Origin: Mobula hypostoma | Lineage: Eukaryota | NCBI RefSeq assembly: GCF_963921235.1 | Contig: NC_086097.1 | Span: forward strand, 113,276,001-113,340,000 | Length of the DNA stretch: 64,000 nucleotides | Direction of reading: 5' to 3' | Part shown: piece by piece, positions 1-12,172 of the stretch | How the letters are laid out: every line of letters starts with the position of its first letter | Position numbering within the stretch: position 1 is the stretch's first letter | The notes under the pieces: generated by a model | Seen by the model: only the letters and a program-made list of their open reading frames with translations | What the model was told of the DNA's origin: nothing | Databases searched by the model: none | Translations under genes and position numbers: made by a program

Positions 1-14
1 TCAGGATTTATGAG

Positions 15-2216
15 TTGGTCCCGGAGGCATACCGGCAGAGGTTCTGGAATGCGAGGAAGCAGTGGGACCGCACATATTTAGAGTTTGCCCGTGAGATGCA
101 GACATATTGTGAGCGTTGGTGCGCCTCGAAGGGGGTAGAGGGGGATTATGATAGACTGCTACGGCTGATCCTGACTGAGCAGTTTAAAGGTTGTGTCCCT
201 GAGGTTATGAGACCCTACCTAGATGAGAAAGAGGCAGCCACGTTAGCTGCAACTGCTAAATTAGCGGATGAGTATGCGTTGACGCATAAAATGAAGTTTT
301 CCCCGAGTAAAGGCTACCAGAAGGGCAGTCAGGATAGCGGGGAGAGTCCGCCAGAAAAGTCAGAAAGTAAGCCGGGGACTAGTGAGAAGGATAAGGTAGA
401 CCGGGAGCAGTCTGGCAGGAAGTCTCCTGGGGCCGTCTGTTATAATTGCGGGAAAGTCGGACACTTTGCGTCCAGGTGCTTTGCCCCAAAGAAGGAGACG
501 GGAAAAGGAAAAACTGCGATTTTGACTGGCTGTATCGAGCTGGTAAACGAACCGCTAGGACAGGACAGGTCTGCCAAAGTTCAGGAAGGGCGCGAGAGGT
601 TTATCTCGGCCGGATTGGTGTCGGTGAAGGAGGGGTTAAAACCAGTTCCAGTGCGGATCTGGAGAGACACGGAAGCGTGTCAGTCACTAATACTGAAGAG
701 TGTATTAGAGTTTAGCTCAGAGACCCAGACTGGGGAGGTCAAGGTCAAAGGTATTTGGGGAGGGACAGAGGCTGTCCCTTTGCACCAGATACACTTACAA
801 AGCAACCTGGTCTCTGGACTAGTCACGATTGGGGTGAGGCCCGAGTTACTGATGAAAGGCGTAGAAGTCTTGCTCGGTAATGACCTCGCCGGGGGAATCG
901 TGTCCGAAGCAGTGAGATTGACAGGTCAGCCTGCCAGTATTGAGGCCTCGCCCATGGACTCACAGGTTCATCACGGGACCGCGGTAGTAAATTTAGCTGA
1001 GAGGTTTCTGCCAGCCTTGTACGAGAAGGGGGTAGAAAGTGAAAAGAAGGAGTGTAGTGAGACAAGAGGTAGTGAGAGAGCTGAGACAGACTTAGCATTA
1101 GCCAGGAAAGAATTTGTGCAGGCGCAGGAGCGAGACGAGGGGCTGATGGTTTTGGCAGAGACAGCTCTCTCTGATGCAGAATTAACAAGGGAACCAGTAG
1201 GCTATTGTGTGGAGGAGGAAGTGCTAAGGAAGAAAGGGAGACCAAGTACCGTGCCCGCAGATGAGGAATGGGGGGTGGTGCAAAAGAGTTATGGGGATGA
1301 GATTTTTAACCTGGACCCCAAGGTACCCCCCGGTGGACATTTTGCGGTGCTGGAGGAAACAGTTGGTGGAATCATGAAAGAGGTTTACCGGCTGCCCAGG
1401 AGGAAGGATGTTATTGATAATGGCCGACGTGAACTGAGACGGTCACAGGCTTTTGATATGCTAACAAACCTAGTCGGTGTTAGCGCGGAAATCAATGAAG
1501 CTAGGGTCCCCCTGATAAGAGAAAAAAAACATTTTGAAAAGATGAGTGTGGTATCGACCAGATGGGAGAAGGCTATTGTGTTGGCCAGCTCTGCTGATAA
1601 GGTCTCTCCCTTAATCCCCAAACAAAGCAACTCTTTAGGAGAAGTAATTAAACGACTCGCACACGTGTGTTTGATTGTCCCGAGGCGATGCAAAGAACTG
1701 GGACGTTGGATGGTGCTTGTTACACTAGGTAAGCCTAGCGAGCAACATTCCTATAGAATGAGTAATTCAGTGACTAAAGGACTGACGAACACAGAGGTGT
1801 GTATTGGCGATGTAATACGGCTGTCTGAAGCCAGCTTGATAGTGAACCTTGAAAAAAATGAGTTCGGCCACACGAAGGTCACTTACCTGGGAATTGTGGT
1901 GACACAGGGGCAGCTGGCAGCGATACAAGCTAAAGTGCGGGCTATCTCTGATATCCCAACCCCGACAGACAAGAGGGCCCTCAGAAGGCTGTTGGAGATG
2001 GTGGGGTACTGTAGGAAGTTTTGCAATAACTCTGCGGTTACTACCCCTCCCCCTCCTACTAAGCCCTTGCGAGAGAAAACTAAGTCGGAATGGGACGACC
2101 CTTGTTATTGTGGTCCAGGACGAAACCCAATGAGAGGTTACATTGATCGCAATTCATCAGTATTTTTGGCCACTATGAAGTTTGCTAAGTTGGAGCCTGG
2201 TCTAAGGGATTATTAA
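15..2216 (+). CDS. Gag-Pol-like ORF of a Gmr1-like Gypsy LTR retrotransposon (5' end outside window); SCAN-like capsid, CCHC knuckle, degenerate protease, remnants of integrase then RT
   Basis: VPEAYRQRF...LTEQFKGCVP...AKLADEY is SCAN-like Gag; CYNCGKVGHFASRC is a zinc knuckle; IWRDTEACQSLI resembles the protease DTG motif; an integrase N-terminal remnant (GGHF...VYRLP...DV) precedes RT remnants (EQHSYR, VCIGDVI, VNLEKNEFGHTKVTYLG, GYCRKFC). Confidence 0.85.
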   Translation: MVPEAYRQRFWNARKQWDRTYLEFAREMQTYCERWCASKGVEGDYDRLLRLILTEQFKGCVPEVMRPYLDEKEAATLAATAKLADEYALTHKMKFSPSKGYQKGSQDSGESPPEKSESKPGTSEKDKVDREQSGRKSPGAVCYNCGKVGHFASRCFAPKKETGKGKTAILTGCIELVNEPLGQDRSAKVQEGRERFISAGLVSVKEGLKPVPVRIWRDTEACQSLILKSVLEFSSETQTGEVKVKGIWGGTEAVPLHQIHLQSNLVSGLVTIGVRPELLMKGVEVLLGNDLAGGIVSEAVRLTGQPASIEASPMDSQVHHGTAVVNLAERFLPALYEKGVESEKKECSETRGSERAETDLALARKEFVQAQERDEGLMVLAETALSDAELTREPVGYCVEEEVLRKKGRPSTVPADEEWGVVQKSYGDEIFNLDPKVPPGGHFAVLEETVGGIMKEVYRLPRRKDVIDNGRRELRRSQAFDMLTNLVGVSAEINEARVPLIREKKHFEKMSVVSTRWEKAIVLASSADKVSPLIPKQSNSLGEVIKRLAHVCLIVPRRCKELGRWMVLVTLGKPSEQHSYRMSNSVTKGLTNTEVCIGDVIRLSEASLIVNLEKNEFGHTKVTYLGIVVTQGQLAAIQAKVRAISDIPTPTDKRALRRLLEMVGYCRKFCNNSAVTTPPPPTKPLREKTKSEWDDPCYCGPGRNPMRGYIDRNSSVFLATMKFAKLEPGLRDY

Positions 2217-2385
2217 TAACACATATAAAAGGAACAGAAAATGTGATGGCTGACTGTCAGGTGTTGACAACTTCAAACTCGCTGTATTAGCCAAATAGCT
2301 GATAAAGATGTACATTTGTGTGTATCAAATAATGTATTCATGTTTGTAATTTTTACCCCCGGTAAAAATCCTTAAAGGGGGCAAG

Positions 2386-3237
2386 TGTGACAAGAATACA
2401 CATAGATTAAGATGTAGCTGGCCTGGGCTGGCACCAGTGGAATCAGCAGTTGGTCTGCCACCTGTCTTCAGGAGAGAGAGAGATAAGGAAAACAATGGAG
2501 CAGCATTTGGAGATGTTCATAAAGGAAGGAGAGCTGTCAAGATCGGCTCCCCCTTTGAACTCTGAACTGTTTGAAGTGATGGACAGGCGATACCCCAGCA
2601 GGGGGATAAAAAGGGACAGGTTCGCTAAGGCAGGACACACACACGACACCCGAGGTAACAAGACCCTGGAAGCGGCGCGTCTCTCACAAGTCGGTGGGAA
2701 GTACCGGGCCATAGATGCACAGGGTGGAAAGGTACGATCGGCGGGAACCTGGTGTGTGTCCACCCTTGCCTGGGTGCCAGGTTCACCGCAGGGAAACGAA
2801 CGTATCTGGAAATGGAGGGGTCACGGTCGGTGACCTCAGATGACATCACAAAGGACTCGCCCAAAAGCTGACTGCAAAGGTCTGTGTGGAAGCCTTGAAT
2901 ATTCATTCATTTTGCTCTCTCTCTCCTTCCCCCACACTGTCCATCTCCCACAGCAGCGATTACTGCGAACTGAACTGAACTAAATTGAACTGAACTTTGC
3001 GTCACTTTGAAACTGGTCATTTACCCCGAGACAACGATAGAGCTTGATTGATCCTGTTATCTTAATTCTGTGTACATGTGAGTTTATCATTGCTGAAATG
3101 TTGCATTTATTATCCTTTCGATTAGAGTACTCTGTTGCTTGTTTCTTCAATAAAACTTTCTTAGTTCTAGTAATCCAGACTCCAACTGAGTGATCCATTT
3201 CTGCTGGTTTGGCAACCCAGTTATGGGGTACGTAACA
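2386..3237 (+). mobile_element. 3' LTR (~852 bp) of the Gmr1-like Gypsy element
   Basis: Polypurine tract AAAGGGGGCAAG directly before TGTGAC (2386); ends GTAACA (3237); AATAAA near 3149; (GAACT)n run near 2967-2996. Confidence 0.8.
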
Positions 3238-3689
3238 ATATAAAAAGTAACCAATATTGACCAGAGCTTTGCAACAGAACTTGGTCATCAAGCAGAGTAG
3301 GGAGAGTGTGATATTGTGTAGCAGGAGAGGTTGTGCTGAAAGGCTTTTGTCTTCTAAATGTTTGGAATAAGGCCCATTTTCTTGTATGCCTGGGTGACAA
3401 AATAAACAATGATTTGTAGCCGTCCCGAATGTACACATACACAAGCATGAAATGAAAGAGAGTTGGTAAGCATGACAATATAAGGTCGCTTCAAATAGAT
3501 TTAGTCTAACACGCAAAGCAAACATCCCTCAGAATAAGTAGAGGAGCACTCAGGGTTAAAAAAAAAAGCTCTTCAAGATATGAAAAAATATGTTAAGACT
3601 GTAAGGTATGAATATTATATGGACTCTGAGCTGTTGTAAATCAAGAGACAGTGGTAAAAATCTTTTCATTGTATTTGAAATGTGTACAT

Positions 3690-4830
3690 CTCGTCCATGA
3701 TGATGAAATGCTTTGACAGGTTGGTGATGAAACATATCAACTCCTGCCTGAGGAGTGACTTGGATCCACTCCAGTCTGCCTAATGCAGCAACAGGTCCAC
3801 TGCAGATGACATTTCATTGGTTCTTCACTCAACCCCTGAAACAACTGGACAGTGAAGATACATACATCAGGATGCTCTTCATTGAGTACAGCTCAGCATT
3901 CAATACCATCATCCTCTCAAAACTAATCAATAAGTTTCAAGACCTTGACCTCAATACCTCCTTGTGCAATTGGATCCTCTATTTCCTCACTTGCAGATTC
4001 CAGTCAGTTCAGATTGGCAACAACATCTCCTCCACAATCTCCATCAGCACAGGTGCACCACAAGACTGTGTGTTTATCCTTTTGCTCTATCACTTTATAC
4101 TTATGACTGTGAGGCTAAGTACTGCTCCAATGCCACATTTACGTTTGCTGACAACACCATTGTTGTTCGCAGAATCAAAGATGGTGACGGATCTTCATAT
4201 AGGATGGAGATTGAAAATCTGACTGACTGGTGCCATGACAACAAACTCTCACTCAATGTCAGCAAAGCCAAAGATTATTTACTATAGAAGAGAATAGCAG
4301 GGGTCCAAGAGCCAGTTCTCATCAGGGAATCGGAAATGGAGAAGGTCAACAACTTTAAATTCCTTTACATTATAATTTCAGAAGATCTGTCCTGGGTCCA
4401 GGATGAAAGTGCTTTTGCAAAGAAAGCATGGCACTTAAAAGTATGCAAAGATTTGGCACGTCATCTAAAACTCAGACAAACTTCTATAGATACAGGGTGG
4501 AAAGTATACTGATTGGTTGCATCACAGCCTGATATCAAAACACCAATGCCCTTTACTGGGAAAAGCCTACAAAAAATAGTGGATACAGCCCAGTCTATCA
4601 CAGGTAAAGCCCTCCCCACCACTGATTACACCTCCAAGGAGCACTGTCACAGGAAAGCAGCATCCATCATCAAGCACCCCCCTCCCCCTGCCACCTGGAC
4701 CATGTTCTCTTCTCACTGCTGCCATCAGGAAGGAGGTATAGATTTGGGGACAGATATTACCCTTCAACCATCAGGTTTGGGAACAGATATTACCCTTCAA
4801 CCATCAGGCTCTTGAACCAGAGGGGATAAC
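3690..4830 (+). mobile_element. Rex1/Babar-type LINE RT fragment, degenerate
   Basis: [25 protein letters not shown] and WCHDNKLSLNVSK motifs spread over frameshifted ORFs. Confidence 0.8.
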
Positions 4831-4929
4831 TTCTCCTCATTTTATAGAAATTAAAGGAGAGGGAAGAGAGTGAAATTAAATTGAACTTTTCCCACTTCAG
4901 TCAGGGACAAAACAGTTCCGTGAAGTATA

Positions 4930-7900
4930 AACACGAGAAAGCCAGCTGACGCTGGAAACCCAAAGCAACACACGCAAAATGCTGGAGGAACCCAGCAGGT
5001 CAGGCAGCACCTATAGAAGTGAATAAACAGTCAATATTTCAGGCCAAGACTCTTCTTCAGGACTGGAAAGGAAGGAGGAAGGCATCAAAATAAAAAGGTA
5101 GGAGGGTGGGAAGGTATCATGGTCCCATCTGTCTATCCCCCATCTTGCTCCTACCTCCTTGATTGTGCCTTAATTCCCGTCGTCTGATTCCCATTTGCTG
5201 CTAGTTCAATTAATTACAGCACACCTGGTTCCCATCAGAGAATATAGGATAAGAACTTTGGCGGTACAGTCATGGGTCGCCAGTTCGTTGGTCGATTCTA
5301 GTGTGTGTAAACCTCCTTTCTTTATCCCTTAGGACTGTTAGTTCTAAGCTCCGCTCCATTCCCTGGATATTCTACGTAAACCTTGTCTCCGAGTCAAGAT
5401 TCCCCTGGTTACCTGCTCCACGTTCGCAACTGTGCTAGCACCTCTCAACCCTGCCTCTGTGCCTGTGTCCTACCCTTGGGTTCATCCCCAGTCACTACCT
5501 TGCAACAGAACGAACTGGCAAGAATGAACCCCGCGGACACGGACCCTGCGCAACAGGCCTCGCCAGCCAGGGCTCCCTACTGGGCTTACACGATCAACTG
5601 CTCTGAGAAGTCATGGAAAACCTTCATGCCCTGTCTGAGAACATAAAGAAGGTCAGTGAGCAAGTGTCCGCTCCCCTTACTCCGCCCTTCCTAAGAACCC
5701 AGTCTGACCAAACCGCATCACCCTATGGGTCGGCAATACGATCACCACGAGAGCCGCACGTACCCGAACCAGAACCCTACGCCGGGGACCTAGCGAAGTG
5801 CCGGGCTTTCTTACTACAATGCTCCTTGGTTTCTGAGCCACAGCCATGTAAGTATACCTCGGACAGATGGAAGACTGCGTACATCATGGGGCTGTTGCGA
5901 GGGGATGCCTTAGCATAAGCCACCACAATCTGGGACAACCAGCCAGAGATCTGCTCCTCCTTCTCCACCTTCGTCTCCGAAATGAGGAAGGTTTTTAAAC
6001 AACACATTCGCGGTAAGGACACCGCTAGGTGCCAACTGACTCTCTGTCAGGGCTCGCAAAGCGTAGCTGAATACTCCATAGAGTTCCGAACATTAGTGGC
6101 CGACTCTGGGTGGAATGACGAGGCACTATGGGAAGTATTTTGACAGGGTCTCTCTAACAAGATAAAAGATGAATTAGCGGCAAAGAATGACACAAACAGC
6201 CTGGACTCTTTGGTCTTTCTCGCCACCGGGCTAGATAATCGACTTTGAGAGCATCTGAGAGATAAGACCAGTCGCCCCGCTCCTCGGGTCATCCCACAGC
6301 CCACCCTACCATCTTCAGCCAGCCTCTCTTCCCCGTCCGCTCCTAGCATAGCTCACACTCCATCTGTTCTGGTGAATCAGACGACACTCCCTTCAGTCCC
6401 CCAAGCCCAGAAGCAGATGCCAGCTACCGTGAACTATCAACAACAGTCCCTGTCTTTATCCGCCCTGGTGGACTCCGGTGCCGAGAGAAATCTGTTGGAC
6501 GAGGACATAGCCTCCCGGGCCGGAATTCCTCGGGAACCGTTAAGTACCCCTCTGAAGGCCCGGGTGCTGGACAGGAGACTTCTGGCTCGGGTCACCCACT
6601 GTACGCCACCCCTGACCTTGATTTTGTCAGGAAACCATCGAGAACAGGCACAATTTAATTTAATCCAGTCTCCTCAAGCATCTATCGTTCTGGGATACGC
6701 CTGGCTGAACCACCACAATCTCCATATTGACTGGTCTACTGAAAGGATAGCCAGCTGGAGCCCATTTTGCCACATCACATGTCTGCAGTCGACTCCATCC
6801 CCTAGGGAGGCAACCGCGACCTCGCCTGGTTTGGAACTCCTCGATTTGTCCTGAGTTCCGGCAGAATACCATGACCTGGGACAGGTATTCAGCAAACAAC
6901 GGGCTCTTTCCCTGCCTCCGCACTGCCCGTATGATTGTGCTATCGACCTTCTCCCCGGGGCCTCGTTACCCACTAGACCTCTTTATAACTCGGCCCGACT
7001 GGAGAGAGAGGCCATGGAGAAATACATTAGTGAGTCCATCGCAGCGGGCATTATTCAACCCTCATACTCCCCGGTGGGCACAGGTTTCTTTTTTGTGGAG
7101 AAAAATGATGGATCGCTATGCCCCTGTATCGATTGCTGAGGCTTTAACAACATAACCATTAAGAACAAGTACCCACTGCCCTTCATAAACTCAGCGTTTG
7201 AAGCACTTCACGGAGCCACCATCTTCTCGAAGTTAGACCTTTGAAGCGCCGACCATCTGGTCAGAATTAGGGAGGGGGACGAGTGGAAGACGGCATTTAA
7301 TACCCCGCTAGGTCACTTTGAATATCTGGTCATGCCGTTTGGCCTCACCAATGCCCGCGTCGTTTTTCACACCCTGATTAATGATGTGCTGAGGGACTTT
7401 ATTAACTGCTTTGTGTTCGTCTATCTCGAAGACATCTTGATATTCTCCTGCAGCCTCCAGGGGCACATTCATCATGTCTGTAAAGTCCTACAGAGACTGT
7501 TGGAGAACAAGTTATTTGTGAAGACAGAGAAGCGTGAATTCCACGTCCCCTCGGTCAGCTTCCTGGGCTACATCGAGAGCGGGCGTTGGAAAAATGGCCC
7601 AGATCTATGACCCACAAGCAACTTCAGCGGTTCCTGGGGTTTGTGAACTTCTATCGCCAATTTATCAGGGACTACAGTTGGGTGGCGGTGCCCCTCACCT
7701 GACTTACCTCCCCTATGACACACTTTCTTTGGGACTCCGAGGCCGACTCAGCATTCGCCGAACTAAAGAGGCGTTTCACGTCCGCTCCCATCCTGGTCCA
7801 ACCAGACCCCTCCTGTCAATTCGTTGTGGAGGCCGACGCCTCCGACGCCGGGGTGGGAGCAGTTCTGTTCCAACGTTCAAGTTCTGACCAGAAACTTCAT

Positions 7901-10435
7901 CCCTGTGCCCTCTTTTCTCGCCGGCTGTCCTTCGCCGAACGGAATTACGACGTGGGGAACCGGGAGCTACTGGCGGTCAAGCTGGTGTTGGAAGAATGGA
8001 GGCACTGGTTGGAGGGGACGGAATACCCGTTTGTCATCTGGACCAATGACAAGAACCTTGCATATATCCAGACCGCCAAATGCCTGAATTCCCGCCAGGC
8101 CCGTTGGGCATTATTTTTTGGTCAGTTCTGATTTACACTCACCTATTGTCCGGGGTCCAAGAACGGGAAACCTGACGCACTCTCCCGCCAATACAATTCC
8201 AAGGAGAACATTTCCAGCCCGGAGACCATCCTCCCACCATCCTGTGTGGCGCCAGTCCTCACTTGGGAAATCGAGCCTATTGTCAAAGAGGCCCAACGGG
8301 ATGACCCTGACCCCGCCAACTGCCTGCTTGTGCCTGATTCCGTCAGGTCTTAGGTTCTCCAGTGGGGTACACATCTCTGTTCGCCTGCCACCCCGGGAGT
8401 GATGGAACACTGTCCCTCCTGAAAAGGCACTTTTGGTGGCCGTCCATGGATGCGGATATGCATTCCTATGTCTCTGAGTGTTCCGTCTGTCCCGCGGAAA
8501 AGCCTCCCACTGGCCACCTGCTGGATTGCTTCGTCCTCTACCTCTCCCTAGTCGTCCTTGGTCGCACATAGCCCTAGATTTCGTCACGGGACTACCCCCT
8601 TCATATGGAAACACCACCGTATTCACCGTGGTAGACCGATTCTCCAAGACGGTGCACTTTGTAGCCCTCCCTAAACTCCCTTTAACTCAGGAGATCGCAG
8701 ACCTTCTTTTAGCCACGTCTTCCGCCTCCATGGAATTCCTGCAGCTCTCATCCCCGATCGGGGTCCCCAATTCGTATCGCAGGTATGGAAGGCCTTCTGC
8801 CAAGTCCTGGTTGCCTCCGTTAGCCTATCATCTGGCTTCCACCCACAGACGAAGGGGCAAACGGAATGGGTCAACCAGGATTTGGAGGCAGCACTACGTT
8901 GCATAACAACCAACAACCCGTCTACCTGGAGTGACCACCTCGCGTGGGTAGAGTACGCCCACAACTCTCTGGTTAGTACTGCCACCGGAAGATCTCCTTT
9001 TGAATGCTCTCTAGGGTACTAACCCCCGCTGTTTCCCGGTCAAGAAGAGGAGATTGCGGTTCCATCTGTTCAGGCTCATATCGATTGGTGCCATAAGGTT
9101 TGGGAGGACACACGCACAGCCCAGCTCCAATCAGCCGATCGCTAGTGGACTCCTGCACCTGAGTATTGACCTGGGCAGAAGGTGTGGCTCTCATCCAAGG
9201 ATGCTCCTCTCAAAAACGAGCCTAAGAAACTCGCCCCTCGCTTACTTGGACCTTTCAAGGTCAAAAGTATCATTAACCCCACAGCAGTCCGACTTAAACT
9301 ACCTAAATCTATGCACATCCACCCTACATTTCACGCTTCCCAATTAAAACCAGTTTCCGTCAGCCTCTTGTGTCCTCCAACCGAAACGCCTCCTCCTGCC
9401 CGAATCATCAATGACCACCCGGCCTACACCATTCGGCAGATACTAGATGTGCGGCGTCGGAGCAGGGGCCTCCAATACCTGGTCGACTGGGAAGGGTACG
9501 GCCCAGAGGAATGTTCTTGGGTTCCCGCTCCTTCATCCTGGACACTTCTAGCATTAGTGACTTCCATTGGGACCATCCAGACAAGCCTGGAGTTTCACCT
9601 GGAGGCTCCTGTTGAGGGGAGGTTACCGTCATGGTCCCGACTGGCTGTCCCCCCATATCGCTCCTATCTCCTTGATGGTTCCTTAATTCCCGTCGTCTGA
9701 TTCCCATTTGCTGCTAGTTCAATTAATTACAACACACCTGGTTCCCATCAGAGAATATAGGATAAGAACTTTGGCGGTACAGTCATGGGTCGCCAGTTCC
9801 TTGGTCGATTCTAGTGTGTGTAAACCTCGTTTCTTGATCCCTTAGGACTGTTAGTTCTAAGCTCCGCTCCATTCCCTGGATATTCTAGGTAAACCTTGTC
9901 TCGGAGTCAAGATTCACCAGTTACCTGTTCCACGTTCACGACTGTGCTAGCGCCTATTGACCCTGCTTCTGTGCCTGTGTCCTGCACTTGGGTTCATCCC
10001 CAGTCACTCCCTTACAACAGAAGGAGGCTAGCTAAACGGTGACAGGTGAAGCCAGGTGGGTGGGAAAGATAATGGGCTGGAGAGGAAGAAATCTGGTAGG
10101 AGAGGAGAATGGACCATAAAAGAATGGGAAGGAGGAGGGGCCAAGGGACAAGTGGTAGGAGGATGAGAAGTTAAAGGTCAGGGTGGGATATAGAGGACTG
10201 GGGGAGGAGGAAGTTTTTTTACTGGAAGGAGAAATCGATATTCATCCCATCAGATTGGAGGCTCCCCAGACAGAATATAAGGCTTTGCTCCTCCACCCTG
10301 AAGGTGGCTCCATCTTGGCACAAGAGGAGGACATGGACTGACATGACAGAAGGGGAACAGGAATGGGAATTAAATTGTTTGGCCACCGGGAAGTTCTGCT
10401 TTTGGCAGATGCATCAGTGGTGCTCAATGAAGTGG
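4930..10435 (-). mobile_element. Penelope-like element 3' portion, split by the Gypsy insertion at 5115-10019
   Basis: Terminal motif AAAATGCTGGAGGAACCCAGCAGGTCAGGCAGCA at ~4977; sequence resumes at 10020 and runs into the antisense of a GIY-YIG C-terminus, matching other copies in the window. Confidence 0.7.
5115..10019 (+). mobile_element. Full-length sushi/Tf1-like chromoviral Gypsy retrotransposon, decayed (LTRs 5115-5507 and 9627-10019, 393 bp each)
   Basis: Two highly similar LTRs ending in ACA; 5-bp TSD GAAGG (5110-5114, 10020-10024); gag from ATG 5524 (PEPYAGD...), protease [17 protein letters not shown] and VYLEDILI, RNase H VEADASD...[11 protein letters not shown], integrase [14 protein letters not shown], chromodomain [16 protein letters not shown]; multiple stops and frameshifts. 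Confidence 0.95.
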
Positions 10436-10717
10436 GTTACATGAAGTACATTCAGAACCCTTTATCAGAAACAGTATTTTACACTACATAAAATAGTGTG
10501 CCATAAGTATTCCCTTCTGCGTCATTGTGATTTTAAATGAAGTTTACAATGTTTTTGTGAAATTGCATATTTAGAACAATAAGAAATATAGGATTGTTTT
10601 CTATTGAGGACCCACCAAGACGATTGAGTATACAATATTTCATTAGTCTAGTCTGATCTAAAGCTAGTATTTACACAAATGAAGTTACCCTACTGAACTC
10701 TTCATGTTCTTCTGTCA

Positions 10718-11205
10718 GAATCAGAATCAGGTTTAATATCACCAGTGTGTGTTGTGAAATCTGTTGTCTCTGTGGCAGCAGTTCAATGTTATACATAATA
10801 GAAAAAAACATAAATTACAGTAAATGTATATATTTATACATATTTATTAAGTAGTTAAATAAATAGTGCAAAAATATAAATAAAAAAGTAGTGAGGTAGT
10901 GTTCATGGGTTTAATGTCCATTCAGAAACTGGATGGCAGAGGAGAAGAAGCTGTTCCTGAATCATCGAGTGTGTGCCTTCAGGCTTCTGTACCTCCTTCC
11001 TGATGGTAGCAATGATAACAAGGCATGACGAAGGGTTCCGGCCCAAAACGTCGACCGATCTTTTCCACGGATGCTGCCTGACCTGCTGAGTTCCTCCAGC
11101 GTGTTGTGAGTCTTGCTTTGACCCCAGCATCTGCAGAGTATTTTGTGTTTAGAACAAGGCATGACCTGGGTGATGGGAGTCCTTAATGATGGAGGTCGCC
11201 TTTTA
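10718..11205 (-). mobile_element. Rex1/Babar 3' end with a short Penelope-derived insert (~11030-11152)
   Basis: LLPSGRRYRSL motif on minus strand; (AATCAG)n tail; the insert is flanked by duplicated AACAAGGCATGAC (11017-11029, 11153-11165). Confidence 0.65.
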
Positions 11206-12136
11206 CATTTTTAATCAAACCTCTGGTGGACACAAACTTCTCTATAATACTGATTTTCAATTAGTAACTTAAATCAGAAACCACAAAATAATGAGAATGT
11301 GCAATGCAATGAGATATTCCTACTTCAGCAACAGTGTCAATTGTTCTCATTAATGACCAGATGTTAATCACACTTCTCTCTCCACATTTGCCTGACTTCA
11401 CATTCATATTCAGATTTATTTACCACATGTCCAGTGAAACGTACAGTGAAATGTGCCGTTTGTTAACAACCAACACACCTGAGGCAGACAGCAAGTGTCA
11501 CCACACATCCTGGTACCAACATAGCATGCCCACAGCATTCAGTAGAACAACACAAGCAGCTGCAACTAAACAAAACAAGGAAACAACAACAAAAGCAAAC
11601 ACCTTTTTCACCCTCCCACCCACCCACTCCCTTTCACACACAGGCTCAGACAGGCTCCAACCCCAGCACAGGCTGCCTCTAGTCCATCGCTCCATCCTCT
11701 CAGCCCCACAGATATCAGGCCTCCAAATTTGGACTTCGCCCCAAGACTCAACATCATGGGTTTGACCTTTGACCCTCAAATTCCAGATTCACATGGACCT
11801 CCGAACCCAGTGACCCAGGCCCTTGTCATTCCTCCAAGCCTTTAATTAAGTCTTTGATCTTCAGGCTTCTACCTCCAAACTTGCTGTGCTCTAGACTCTG
11901 GCCTTCAGCTTTGCCCATGAACCTTGCTGACGACTGTGTATCGGCCACAGGATTCCCCGATTATGCGTCTGATGTCTGATGTTTGGGCCTCAATTCCCGG
12001 ATTCGTATGGAGCTCGTTTGACCTTTGGGCCTCAATTCCAGACTTGCACAGATAGACTCACTAAATGGTTCCTGTATTTTCTATCAAAGTTGTTGGTGAA
12101 CACAGCAGGCCAGGCAGCATCTCTAGGAAGAGGTGC

Positions 12137-12172
12137 AGTCGATGTTTCAGGGCGAGACCCTTCGTCAGGACT
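12137..12172 (-). ncRNA. Minimal type I hammerhead ribozyme motif (Penelope-associated)
   Basis: Minus strand reads AGTC-CTGACGA-AGGG tctcg CCCT-GAAAC-ATC-GACT: stem I AGUC/GACU, core CUGANGA...GAAA, NUH site; stem III carries a G>A change. Confidence 0.6.

Noticed and set aside
4743..4808. 33-bp tandem duplication
   Set aside because: It is a local slippage within a dead Rex1/Babar copy, with no sign of function.
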